A stretch of 64,000 nt of DNA. Origin: Spironucleus salmonicida. Taxonomy: Eukaryota. The stretch covers positions 1,116,001-1,180,000 of the forward strand of contig NC_090598.1 of NCBI RefSeq assembly GCF_000497125.1. Reading direction: 5' to 3'. Shown here in pieces: positions 41,152 to 54,361 of the stretch; position 1 is the first letter of the stretch, and each line of letters opens with the position of its first letter. The notes beneath the pieces are model-generated. The model did not search any database. It was given only the letters and a program-made list of their open reading frames with translations, and had not been told where the DNA came from. The translations under genes were made by a program, and so were the position numbers.

Positions 41152-43101
41152 TCATTATTCCTAATCATCCGCTTCCTCATATTATTCTTCTATTGGTTCC
41201 AAAGAATAACATTAATATTCTTATTTGTATAATTCTGTCAACGCCTGATAGTTTAATTAAGATCGATTAAATATGTCTTATGTCATATAGCATCCTCTAC
41301 CAAATATATCAGATCCAAATATCTTTGGCGAACTAGATAAATACAAATTAGATTGGATATAATATTAAAAAATATCGGAAATCTTAACAGTTTTAAGTTT
41401 TTCAGTAAAGTAATTAACGTGATCTTTATAACTTAACGAATACCAGGATATAAATTAAACCTCCATTTAAGTTAATAGCTACACTGACTCTGAATATAAT
41501 ATTGTTGAGTTGTTTATTATAAAATATAGTGCTGGGTTTCCTCTAGCATCTAATTAACCTCCTTATTACTTAATAATTCGCTACTAATCAACTTCTTTCA
41601 ATTAAAAAAATATGCCATTCATTATTAAACACATTAATGATGTTTTTGAGTTAGGCTTAAATAGCTTATACTCTTTATCAAAAAGTAAATTTGCAGTTTC
41701 TATGTTCTAAGCACAGGAGAGACCAGTTAATCCATCTGCAGTTATAAATCCTGAAAAACAAATATATTTTTCTACAGATTTTGAACTACCTGCTTATGCT
41801 GATAAAATCAAAGGTGTCACATCTTAAATATCCCAATTCGTACTTGAGACCAAAAAGTCTAATGCCTCTGGAAATTCATGCATAAATGCTTGAAAAAATA
41901 ATTCTTCGATAGATATTTAATTTGATTTCACTGCTATAATGTACAAATCTATACATGAATAAAAGCAAATAAAAGATAAATCTAATATAAAATTTGTTAG
42001 CTTTTAAAATATATATTATTATTAGTCAACTGAAAAATAAGTCTATTTTAGCCCATAAAAATATTATAGTTGTTAGGGTTCAAATTTTTCAATACAATCA
42101 TCTATATTATTTTTCACTAAATAGGATTCATATAATGATTCGATTATTTAGATGGAACAATTCTTTTACAGTAAAAAAGATAAATACTCTATTTTATTAT
42201 TATATTTGCAAAAATTAATTATTAGTTCTAAATCAATATTATGCTGAGTGAATAATTAAAATTATATTTCTGTAAATGTTATTGAAATTTAATAAAAAAG
42301 ATCTAGTAACAGGTCATATTTAATTGATAGCTCTATAATATTGATTTTTTATTATTCAAACGTTGTGATTTATGTATAGTTCATTTATTTAATAGAATGT
42401 ATGAAATTTTCAACTGTTAAATAATAGCTGGATTTATAAGCTTCCTTAAGATATTTTTCTTAAATATGATATTCCCAACCCACTTGAGTTAGATGAACTT
42501 ACACCTTCTAAATTTACTAAATAAAAAGTTCATCTTTATAATTAATGATCCAGTCTGACTCATGATCTCTACCAATTATAACACCACCATCATTTATTAG
42601 TATCCAAAAATTATTAAATACAGCTATAACTTTTTTTTACGGGAATGTAAGCAATCGCCTTCTATCTTCTAGAACATATAGTTAATTTACTGTTCCAAAT
42701 ATTGAAATATAATTTTAAAAGCAAGTAATTACTGTTAACATTTATTGCGAATATTTAAACAATATTGAACCATTAGAAATATATAAACCTTCTTTATTTG
42801 GTGCTATATTAACTGATTGTATATCTTGTGTACTATGATATGCTGTTTTAGAAAGAATTTATAGAGTGCCGCCTTTAAACTCATATAATGTATCCTTATT
42901 AAAAATAAATTATCGATCATTATATTTAAAAATTTTATATTTGATTGCTAAATTGTTAGAGTAAAAAGGGAAATTGATATTTTAACTCTATTTGATGATA
43001 AATTTATCTTCTTACCATTCGAGTAAATATTATTTATTAAAATAAAAACAGTAAGTTAGTCCATTTTCTTTCACGATATAACTCAATTTCTTATCTTTCA
43101 T
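41152..43101 (-). CDS. Ankyrin-repeat protein (diplomonad 'Protein 21.1'-like C-terminal half), about 649 aa
   Basis: VTPLILSAQAGSSKSVEKYI, DGLTGLSCAQNIETANLLFDKE, KTSLMCLIMNG; frame checked; start uncertain. Confidence 0.7.
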
Positions 43102-43294
43102 TCCCTTTACTAAAGTATCAATACATTCATATATTATACTGAATTTATAAATAAATTTATATACTTAGAAGTATTATATAAGATTATATATATAATATTT
43201 TTAACTGTATCGTATTATTATATATATTTTATCTAAAATTTATTAATTTCCTTGAATCAATTCTTACATAAATTCTTCGTCTCCTTTCCTTAAA

Positions 43295-45853
43295 ATGTCT
43301 CTTATTGCGTTTGATCTTGGAAATTGTAATATTTTAGCTACCGTCCCTCGTGGTAAAGGTATAGATGTCGTTACATCTGACACTTCTTCAAAGTAAATTC
43401 CATCTTGCGTATCGTATACATCCGAAAGAAGATTCTTCGCTGATGCGGCTTCTTCTTAAAAAATTACCAACAGAACTGCTTGTTATTATTATTTACCTCT
43501 AATTTGTGGTGAAAAGTATGATTCTGAAGCTGTAAAGCGTGCATTTGATGCTGGTGCTTAATTCACTCTTAAGGCTTCAGAATAAGACGGAAGAGCTTTA
43601 GCTCCTGTCTTCTTCGGAGAAGACAATATAGCTATTGAAACTGAATAATTAGCAGCTGCTATGTTTTGTTAGGTAAAAAAGTATGCAGAATCTATGGATA
43701 GTGTTATGCCATATGATTTCCTTCTGACTGTACCTGGATATTGGTCTACTGAGAAAAAGATGAAGATGAAAGCTGCAGCATAGTCTACTGGTCTTAATTG
43801 TTTAGGTATAGTTACTTAGCATTCTGCTGTTGGTATAGGTTACTATATGAGAAGAGTACAAGAATTCTAGGCTATGGATGCTGATAACAAAGGCATTACT
43901 GTTGGATTTTTATCAATTGGTGAGATAGAAAGCTATTGTGTTGTTATTTAAATGAATAAAAGTGGAATCACCACCCTTAACTAAGCCCATTCTATGTAAG
44001 TAGGTTCTATTGATTTCGATAAAGTTTTAGCGTCTATGATTGTCGATGCTGCTTTGTTAAAAACCAAATAGATCACTAGGGATGAACTACTATCCAAAAA
44101 ATCTTAGATTAAAATTATGAAGGCTGCAAATTAAGCTAAGAAGACTCTTTCTATTAATTAAAATGCGCCTGTTACATTAGAATGTATTGGTGACAATTAG
44201 ATTGATATTCCTGTTATGCTTAATTTAAATGACTTTGAAGCAAAGTGCAAAGAATTAGGTATAATTGATAAAATTACTCAGTTAATAACTGAAGGTTTAG
44301 GCGAAACAAAACCCTAAGACTTAGAAGCATTCGAATGCATAGGTGGTGCTTCCAGAGTTAAAGCTATCTAAAATTAAGTTTCATCTATCTTTGGGGATAA
44401 AGTTACGAAGCGTCTTAATGCTGATGAGGCTCCTGCTTTTGGTCTTGGCTGGGTAGGCGCACTTCGTTCATCAAAGCATAGAATTCCGTTTGATCTTAAA
44501 ATTTCTGACAAAATATGTAATTTAAAGGCTCCTATTACATTTTAAGTTTATAATAGGGAAACAAATGAGAAAGTTTTTGATTCTCCATTTACTATGTTTG
44601 AGAATGGTGAAAACTATCCTAAATCTAAGAAAATAACCTTACGTTTCAAACCAGGTCAGTATCGTTCTGTCTTAACAGAAGGTGATATTATGCACGAAGA
44701 ATAATTTTTCACCATTAATGAAAAGAATTTGACATAATTCACAGATACTGAGTTTGCTACTGCCAATGGTGTTGATTTCAACGATTTAACAATTTAAGTT
44801 AAAGCAAGAATTTTAGCTGATGATGATTGCAACTACAAATTAGCTCAACTGTAAAGAAATGATTAGGATCTTGTTTTGGATGATATTAAGAAGAAGGTTA
44901 AAAATGAAAAATATGACGAGTAACAAGAATAATACAAGACCAAAGTAGCCAAAATTGAGGAAGATTTTACTACTGCGAATGCTGCATATGAGCCATTATA
45001 GAAAGCATATGAGATCGAAAAATCAACAGCCGAAGCCGCTAAAACCGAGTTACCTAAAGCCCCAGCAAAGCCCGTTCGTGCTACAATGCCAACCCCTCCT
45101 TCTGAAAACGTTGAAGTTACTGAAAAAGTTCCTAGAATAGCGTCTTTCTTAAGAGATATCATTTTAGCAGGCTAATTCTAAATTTCTAACACCACTTCGC
45201 TAGTGAAGGAAATCCTCAAATTTGAAGCTCATTGTAAGCAAATCGATAGGAATTCCCTCCGATTCGATGCCGCTGTCAACAACTTAGAGAGCCAGATTTA
45301 CTCGACTAGAGAAGCATTTGACTACGGAAACCTGAATGAGTTCGTTACTGAAGAAGAACTCACGCAGATCAATGCCTGGCTTGATGCTGAGCATGCTTTT
45401 GCCCAAAATATTGAAGGTAAGCACTAGCTGACAATCATAGAAGAAAAAGCTGCTGAATTGGAAGGGAAACTTAAAATATTTTTCGATAGAAAGAACTGCC
45501 ACTGCTAGACCGAAGAGAAGCTTTATGGTCTCAGGTCTGAAATTAAGCTTCTTTGTGAGAAGTTCAGTCACGAAAAATGCGCTTAAATTCACGCATAATT
45601 AAACGCCACAATCTAAGAAGTTGAAGCCAGGATTGCTGTTGTAAACAAGAAAGCAGAGATTCCAGACTGCTTTGAGGGCGTAAACTCCACTGTCCAGAAA
45701 TTCGAAGAGGAAATGAGAAAGATTCAGAAGGAAATTGATGCTGAGATCAAGGCAGAAGAGGAAAAAGCAAAGAAGGCCAAGGATGAAGAGGAAAAAGCTT
45801 AGAAAGAGGCCGAAGCTTCTGCCAAAAAGGAGGTAGTCGAGGAGAAAAAGTGA
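43295..45853 (+). CDS. Hsp110/Hsp88 (HSP70-superfamily nucleotide exchange factor), 852 aa
   Basis: IAFDLGNCN...GIDVVTSDTSSKQIPSCVSY, LTVPGYW, FECIGGASRV, RLNADEAPAFG, NNLESQIYSTR. Confidence 0.9.
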
Positions 45854-46077
45854 TGATTGTTGTTTAAACAATAATTGAAGATAATATTATTTCTCTCATG
45901 TGTTACAATTATACAAGAGATAAGTGAGACCTTGTTTGTAATTATGGAGCTGATTAAAAGTCTATACGGAAATACAAAACTAATAAATATTATAATAATT
46001 ATATAATAATAGTAACTGTGGAAATAGTTATTTGAAGCAAGATTATAAATCTTAATAATTTTTATTAATTTGAAAAT

Positions 46078-46162
46078 TAGCATAACTAGGAATCGAACCC
46101 AGGTCTCCTCAAAAAACGTGATTGATTTAATTGAAGGAATGCTCCCACTGCACCATTATACT
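46078..46162 (-). tRNA. tRNA or tRNA-like gene with expanded anticodon loop (putative intron); isotype unresolved
   Basis: AGTATAA/TTATGCT acceptor; TG; GTGC-AGTGGGA-GCAT D arm (A box); AGAC variable loop; CTGGG-TTCGATT-CCTAG T arm (B box); discriminator A; T4 just downstream. Confidence 0.75.
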
Positions 46163-46427
46163 TTATATCACTTCTAAAAAAATGCTTATAGAGTCAAAGC
46201 TAATATAAAACTGGAATCAGCAACATATTTATATAATAATATATATACTTATGTTTTTAATGATTTTAATTCTTAATTTTAATAAGATACTACAAACTAA
46301 TATTGTTTTTTCAGTTTCTAGTTTTACAAAATTAGTTTATTATTAAATATATGCAAAAGAGAATGCATAATTTAGTAAGTTTTAGTAATTATAGTTAATA
46401 ATATATGAATTCTTTTTGAGAAAATAA

Positions 46428-46865
46428 ATGCATACAAGTTAGGAACGATGTTTTATGCTTAAAATACCAGACTACACTAATAGATTTTACGCAGACGTTG
46501 AAAAGAAAAAAATTTACTTCCCTTAATTTGTCTTCCCTTAACAGGAAGAAGCCTATCGGAGGAAAAGAATAAAAGAACAATTAGAGGCTATGTAATTTAA
46601 GTCAGTTACGCTTAAAAATATTGATTTCAAACTTAAAGGCTAGTAATCGGTTAAATTATCCGAAATAGAGAACTATGTATCCAAAGCAACACATAAACGT
46701 GATTTTGGTTCGCCCATTAGCAGCCCTAGAATAGATATTACATCACGACCTTAGTCAGAATTAAGGAAGTTTACTAATAATAAATAATAATAAATATTTA
46801 TTGATAGCGATGCTGGATTTGCCCCAACTAGTTGTAGGCGATCACGATTATTATCAATACAGTGA
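46428..46865 (+). CDS. Small hypothetical protein (paralog of 32330-32710); start may be 46455
   Basis: MLKIPDYTNRFYADVEKKKIYFPQFVFPQQEEAY...LLSIQ-TGA; ends in AGTGA. Confidence 0.72.
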
Positions 46866-46876
46866 GAAATAAACAT

Positions 46877-49027
46877 TCATTTTTTGTATACTTTTCTTCC
46901 AGCCTGAGCATAAACAGGATCTTCTTAAATAACCTTAGACATATCCTTTAAAACTTGATTTCCTTATTAACTTTACTGACGTCTTCCCATCTTTTTTTCT
47001 TTAATAGAAAGATCTGCATTGCCTTTAAGTTCCACTACATCAGCTTTAACAACTTCATCTTTTGTTACCTCTTCTTTTTGATCTTTAGATAACTTTTATG
47101 TCTTCTTATCATTTTTTTCTTTCTTCCTCTTGTTTTTTTCTTGCTATTAGCGGTACTCTTCATTAACATCAATCTTTGAATTGCGTTTTTTCGCCATTGC
47201 AATATCATTCACTGTTTAACTTTTTATCAAATTTTCTTAAAATTTATAAGCTTCTGGAACAATTATCTTCCTAGGAACTTCAAGCAAAAGTCTTGCCTAA
47301 CTACTAGACGGTGCATTTCTTTCTATTTTATCAGAAATATTCTCATTTATCATCAGATTTTTACTAACAACATTAATTAAGTGATTCCTTGACACTTTAG
47401 CTGTAACTTCAATATCTTCCAAAAGCTGCTTCATGCTTTCAGTATCCTGACTTCTAAACTCTTTACTAACCTTTTCATGATACTTTTTCATATTCATAGC
47501 TTCTAATACATCACCTTCAAAATCAGCTTCTAAAAGCTCATTATATCCTCTGAAAACACCAACTTTACGAGCAAGTTCCATGTGATCAGATTCACTTTCA
47601 GAACACTTTAATAAAGCACTAACAACTTTAGTAGTTTAACTCAAAAATTTTAAATTGAACTTAAAATCCTCGGGTATTTGCTTTTTATCATATCCACAAA
47701 TCTTTTTAATAACATTAAACATGTCTTCATCATTTTTATCAATTAAAGAAATGGCTAAACCGACTTTTTCTTCGCTTTCTTCATTTCTAGCACATCTACC
47801 AATTCTATGGACGTGAGTGGCCGCAGAAGTAGGTTTTGCCAACTAAATAACTAATTTTACAGATGGAATATCAATACCACGTGCACAAACATCAGTTGTA
47901 AAAAGTACTGAATTAGAAGATTTTAATTTATCTAAATTTTTAAGACGCTATCTTTATGGCATTTATGCGTGAATTGCAAATGAATTAATCTATAAAAGCT
48001 TAAAAGCTGCTGCTAAACGTTTTGATTCTCTTACAGAGTTCGTGAAAACAATAGTTGGAACGTCAAATCTCAAAATTAAGTATGTGAGCATTTCAAGTTT
48101 TTCGTCATATGATTTAACAAACTGCCATTTTTCAAGAATTGTTGAATTAACTATGTGTTCTGGTGTATTGTCAATAAAATTAATCTTGAGATCTTTAAAA
48201 CCTAGATTTATAATAACATTTTTATATTCAGTAGCTACATCTGATTCAACAGAAAGGGTTAGATTAGCTTTATTAGAGATTCGTTAATTTTTTTAAAATT
48301 TCATACCTTTATCTTTGAACATGGATGGCAAATTCATTGTCGCAGAAGAAAGTGTTAGTTAAGGACTGCAATGGTTGTTTAAATATTATACCAACTTTAC
48401 TAAATCAGCAAAATGTCCTTATTCTAATAATTTATCGGCCTCATCGATTACAATTCTTTTAAAGCTTGATAAATCTGATAGGTAAGGGTGGTTTTAAACT
48501 AATTCATAAATTCTACCAGGTGTTCCAATAACTAATCCTGGATTAGATTAAAGGATTCTATTTTACTTATCCTTTGATAAGCCACCAACTAAAATGACAG
48601 AAAATTAATAGATTTTGTTAAGAACTTTAAAAATATCAGAAATAACACTAAACAATTAGATTGCAAGTTCTCTGGTAGGTGTAACAATAATATATTTAAA
48701 TTTTCTATCTGCATTTGATGTAACTAAATCTTAAATTATTGGCATTATGAAAGCAAGTGATTTACCGGCACCAGTTTCTGCAGAAATCACAAATGACGCT
48801 TTTTCTTTGAGTGTAGGCTTGATAACTTACTACTAAATTTAGGTTGGCTTGACTAAATTATGTTTAACAAGATATTTTGAAATACCAGGGTGAATTCCTA
48901 ATTTAGTCCAAGGCAAGCAGTCTAATTCTAGATCTGGCTTAAGAGCCTATTGAGCATTCTTTTCATTAAAAATAAAGCTGCTGATATGTTATACTTTTGC
49001 TGAAGGGTCTAGTTCAATTGTAGTCAT
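46877..49027 (-). CDS. DDX24: DEAD-box RNA helicase, DDX24/MAK5 type, 716 aa
   Basis: AETGAGKS, PTRELA, GTPGR, DEADKLLEQGHFADL, SAT, HAQMPQRQRLKNLDKF, ARGIDIP, HRIGRCAR. Confidence 0.88.
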
Positions 49028-49077
49028 TATAAAGTGAAAAAAGAAAAGGAACCGTCATAATATTATTATATAGTTAT

Positions 49078-51042
49078 TCACTTTAATCTAAAACAAGTCG
49101 GTCTTCCATGTGGACAGTTGAGCACATTTTTAGAATTCTTTGCTGATATAATTATATCTTTTGCTGTTTTGTCGCTTAATACATCCCCAAGTTTTACTGC
49201 AGTCTTGCATGACCTATTTGCTAATATACGCTAAAATGCAGGCGGAAAATCAACGTCGTATAAAACTTCTATATATTCAATTAAATCTTATAGTTGTACC
49301 ACATTTTTGTCTAAAATAGGTAGAGTTTTCAGATAAAAGCTATCATCAATTTATACTATTTCAAACCCAAAATTTTACAACTTTTACAGATCATAAGTGG
49401 ATAGCTTAAAATTTTACGATGAGTTCAAACCTAATCTTAAAGGTTAGATTAGCTTTTATACCTTTAAAGCCGTTTGTATATCATTTACTAAATTTTCAAA
49501 AATGACAGCTTCTTATAAAGCATGCTAATCTAATATATATAAACGCGAATTCTAATGACACAATAAAAAAGACGAATTATATTATCCTATATAATTTAAA
49601 TTAAAAATATTATTGTCTGAAATTTCTTTTTAAGTCTCTGAACTAGTTTCATTTTCGTAGAAGGAAAAATCATATTTAATATCTACTTCTTTTTTCATTA
49701 AATTTTCATATTAATAGTTGTCTTAATATTCGATGCTTTTAATACTATTTTATTCAGAAATAGATATAATTTAGTTGGTGCCTTAATTACGAAGTGTATC
49801 TTAATTAGTAGTTGTTTGTTTGTTTCCGCGAAAGCTTTCTTATTAAACTTAACTATTGGTTTATTATTACAATTTGTCTCCTTTATTCATTGGTATAAAT
49901 TAACCAGTATTGTATCCATTAATCTTTTAAATAGGTTCTTAACTCACAGTATCTTATGATTGAGATGAGAATTATTTATCCAATAAACTATGTTGTGTTT
50001 GTACAGTATTTATTGGAGTCGTATGATTTACACTTTTAAAAACTATTGGGGAAGGTAAATTAAGTTTTGGAGATACAATACGAATTTAGCTAGACCTTTT
50101 CTCTATCTCCTAAGTCTATTAAATAATTTCATGGTGACTATTTTCCAAACATTCTTTATAATATTCCATTGTATAATCTATTAACTATTTATAACCCATT
50201 ATTTTAACGGTAAGTTTATCGTTAGAAACATTAAAGTCTACCCTAGAACTATCAATTTAATAGTTAATACAACCATTCACCTTGTATATTGCAGATTTTT
50301 TCTTAAACTACTAGGCTAGCCCTTAATAGATTTCCTCGTTTTCAATATATTTACCATTAATGAAGATGAATAAATTAGATAACTTTTCCTGCTAAAAACT
50401 GTTACTGAGAAACCCATTTAGCTTGAAATTTTCCCATTCCTTATCGATTTCCACAAAATTGTCTTTAATCGAAAAAATGCTCTAATACTTCATTCTCTAA
50501 GTTACCAGGTTTTCTGTACTAAATTTTATTTCACTATCTAACCAAACCTTTAACTGAATGTCATATGTTAATGCATAGGCGAAAAATAACCTAAAATTCA
50601 GCTTAACCTCGAGCTTCCAATTCTTAGTTTCAGCAAAAAAGCGCTTCCGTACAGGAATATTTTTAAATATATTCTAAACAGTTATCCTAGTACTATTTAT
50701 ATCACTAAAACCCATCTCCCCGTCTGATAAACGCTTATTCCTAGATTCTATGATAATGTCTGCAAGGTTCGATATCGCAAACAGTGCTTCGCCTCGGAAA
50801 CCAATTTTCTAACTACTCTTGGTAGTTAACCTTAACTTAGTAATATTTTTAAGAAGATCCTCGGGAAATCCAGGCCCGTCATCAGTTATAGTAACAGAAT
50901 CGTGTGTAATACGAAGATCTACGAGCTTGGCATTCGCATCGATTGCGTTGTCTAAAAGTTCTTTTGCAATTGATATAGGAGATTTAAGTTAAAATGATGC
51001 GTTTATGAGATGTTTCGTCTCGGTTGGCAGCTCGCGAATCAT
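49078..51042 (-). CDS. PMS2: MutL-family mismatch repair endonuclease, PMS2 (yeast PMS1) type, 654 aa
   Basis: KELLDNAIDANA, DDGPG, GFRGEALFAI (GHKL ATPase); DQHALQEAVIFE, SCKTAVKLG, CPHGRPT (endonuclease and Zn motifs). Confidence 0.85.
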
Positions 51043-51138
51043 TAAGTAAAAGTAATATTTATGATAATAATGGCTATAATTAATATTCTATTTATTAAAA
51101 TAATAAATTTATACATTAAATATATAATACTGATAACA

Positions 51139-52062
51139 TCAGATAGCATCTTTCTCTTTTACAATATCAAAAATTTCTTTTGACATAAATGCCCAATAAT
51201 TTTTTCTAGGGACGTCAAATTTTGCTACTAAATTGCAGGTATCACTGAGGTGCTAGACATCTTCCTTTCTAAACCAAACGTTATCCACACATAAAAACAA
51301 GGCAGGAGCACGTATTGGTCCATCTCCAATACAATTTTCTCTGGCATAATCATAGATTTTGTTAGCTGTATCTATATCATTTTTTTAGATAGAGATATCG
51401 AACAAGCTTACTAAGAAGTTCCAACCAGGTTCAGATGATGGTGCTTTATGAATAATAGTTTTATAGAATTCAAATTCATCTGTAATAGTAATTGTTGAAA
51501 ATTTAAATAGAAATGCTCGATAACTCCAATAAGAATTATTTAAAGGATCTAATAATAATAACTTAACTGTAACGGCTAGCTCAGATTTTATAAAATTTTA
51601 AATGCCACATCTTTACACTAACCATATTCTGAAATCCCAAGAATGATAATTTTTTTAATCCATCTCAAATACCTGATCTGTAAAATTAATTTCTAATTAA
51701 GGATCGAAATAATAATTGTGTTAAAGAGTAAACTCTATGATTTCATGTATATGATGCCATTACTAGAAATTCTTAGGTTAAACTAACAATATATTATGTG
51801 TTTTAACTATCTCCTAGGCTAATAAAACTTAATCATTTCTTTAAAATAATATCTTACGGCGTAATGTATATGCCGTATATTGATATGGATTTTATGATAA
51901 TATTAGCTGTGTTGTTGCAAAAGCCCGTTCAGATAATTCATTATAAGTATAAGCATATGAAAGATTAATAAGTTATACCTTATATTCTTCTGAGTATGTA
52001 ACTTATAGTATATCTTGTTCAATATCTGGTATAAATTCTTTAGGTATATCTTCCCAGGTCAT
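51139..52062 (-). CDS. FNTA: Protein farnesyltransferase / GGTase-I alpha subunit, 307 aa
   Basis: NELSERAFATTQLILSQNPYQYTAYTLRR, PKNFQQWHH, KNYHSWDFR, DPLNNSYWSYR (PFTA repeats). Confidence 0.9.
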
Positions 52063-52170
52063 ATTTAATATATAATATTTATACATATATAATAATATAA
52101 AATATGTTACTTTAAATGAGTATTATAAATATTCATATATTAATATCATACATGATTTTTTCTTCATTTA

Positions 52171-52938
52171 ATGTCAATTGACTACACCAAATAACTTTAA
52201 AAATATAGACCAAAAAAATTAGCATAACCCCCTTAATTTCAAGATCTACCTGAATATGCATAAACTGCAACTTAACTTCTAGCAGATCTATCATAAATTA
52301 ATTAGAGGATTAACTAGCTTTAGTAAAAATTTTCTTTAAAGTAAAATCAACTATTTTAGGATGCATTAAACCAAGAGATATTATTTCTTAAATCAGATAT
52401 ATAATAGCGTTTATAAACTACAACATAAAAAATATCAAACTTTGACTCTACAAAATGTTAATCAAATGAGTAAAAATAATACCAGCAACCTTTAATATTA
52501 TCTCTTAAATCTAAACTCGCTTTATTTTCTACAATATTTCGTACTTTTTAGTCTAGATTTATGTCATAGTTAACGAATGAAATTAATACTATTTAAAAGG
52601 TTGATATAGCATAGATTCCAGAAGAGCAATAATAAGTTTATTTATAAGCAAAAAAATAAATTGATGCAGATAAAGCAGAAGCAAAATATATATGTAATGA
52701 AATTCAAGGTATAATGGAACTAATCAACTAAATGGCTAGTTCTGTATATGAACAAGGTACAGTTTTAGACCGCATTGAGCGAAATATTATGCAAGCCCAA
52801 GAATTTGCAGTTTAAGGTGTCTAAAATCTAGAAAAAGCACGTTAAGATTAAAAGAAAGTTGGAATGCTACGAAAAGTTACATATGGAATTTTAATTATCG
52901 ACATGATTATGATGATTATTTATGCTATTATTGGCTGA
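52171..52938 (+). CDS. Syntaxin (Qa-SNARE, syntaxin-16/Tlg2-like), copy A, 255 aa
   Basis: SNARE motif MASSVYEQGTVLDRIERNI...GVQNLEKA plus C-terminal TM anchor. Confidence 0.88.
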
Positions 52939-53037
52939 TTTGCTTTAATATTAAGTTGTGATGTTTGTTAATTTATTATTAGATTACTTCTAAATTATTA
53001 ATTTAATAAATTTTAAAATATATGTCACTTAAAAATA

Positions 53038-53808
53038 TCATATTTTTATAATACCATAAAGGATAGCCATAATAATATCGATAATAAACAGTGTGTAAGT
53101 AAAACTTCTCAACTTGCTTATAGTTTTCTAATGTTTACGTGCTATTTCTAAGTTTTTAATTCCAGACTCTACCATATTATCTGCCTCTAAAATATGTTAG
53201 TCGATTCTATCGATTACAGTGCCTGTTTCATACACCTATCCTGTCATTTCTGACACAATCTAAACTAAGTCTTGAATTTCTTTTGTTATCTATTAAGCAT
53301 AAATAGTGTCCTGTGAATTTTTTACCTATTATTACTATTGTATCCCTTACGTATTTGTCTATGAGATGCTAGATTCCGCGGTATTGAGTTCAGCTAAATA
53401 TACTGATTAAATTCTCCGGAATAGTTAACCATTTTAATGATTTATAACATTAAGTGATATAATTGCTTGAGGTACAATCAGCTTAGATTCATAATTTGTA
53501 TTTTTTAAACGCTCAAGAGTTGGAAGTTTTTACTTAAACAAAGAAAGTTTTTCCACTATAATATATCTTTATTAATTAATTTCTTCTTAAATAGCTGATT
53601 AAAACTATAGTGAGCTCATTTAGCTGTGCTTTTGGTGAATTTTTTTCAATGATGCCGATATTTCAAATTGAATCTACCGTAACTGCTTATAAATGATAAT
53701 ATATTACGGAATTTTGGCTTCAAATTAATTTTAAATTAAGGGAGCATTATCTTCGTAGGCTTCGGGCTAAGCTGGCCTAAATTTAAAGAATTTCTACGTT
53801 AAATCCAT
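53038..53808 (-). CDS. Syntaxin (syntaxin-16/Tlg2-like), copy B, 256 aa
   Basis: N-peptide MDLTQKFFKFR; SNARE motif MTGQVYETGTVIDRIDQHI...GIKNLEIA plus TM anchor. Confidence 0.85.
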
Positions 53809-53941
53809 TTTAAGACCCAAATGATTATAGTACTATAATATATAATAATTAGTATACCTTCCAAAATATTATTTTATTTTTAATTATATAATAGTTACTA
53901 ATATTAATTTTTCCCATTTCTTATTTTTTCCATTCCTCGCT

Positions 53942-54349
53942 ATGTAGATTGCTCCCAATACTGCTAAGAATGTCGAAAAGCTTGACGCGATGAAGTTCCT
54001 CACCAAACTCAACAACGTAACTAAAATCTCATTCACGAAGAGCGGCACTGACTTCGTCATCAACAACCCAGTCTGCTACTACAACGAGGATACGAAGACC
54101 CACATTTTCCTCGGCGAGCCCAAGCCATTCGACCCCAATGCACAGGCAAACCAGATCCTGAACATGATCCAGAACATGCCAAAGAACATGCCTGACACTA
54201 CACCCGTGCACGATACCTCCGCCACCTTCAACGAAGAGGACGTCAAGACCATCGCCTCACAGGCCAACGTCTCCGAGGAGGAGGCCCGCCAGGCGCTCAT
54301 CGACAAGCAAGGTAACGTTGTCGAGGCCCTTTTGGTCTGTAAGAAGTGA
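53942..54349 (+). CDS. NACA: Nascent polypeptide-associated complex alpha subunit (NAC + UBA domains), 135 aa
   Basis: VTKISFTKSGTDFVINNPVCY...HIFLGEPK; C-terminal EEDVKTIASQANVSEEEARQALIDKQGNVVEALL; ATG TAG extends the track ORF upstream. Confidence 0.9.
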
Positions 54350-54361
54350 CGCTTTCCATAC

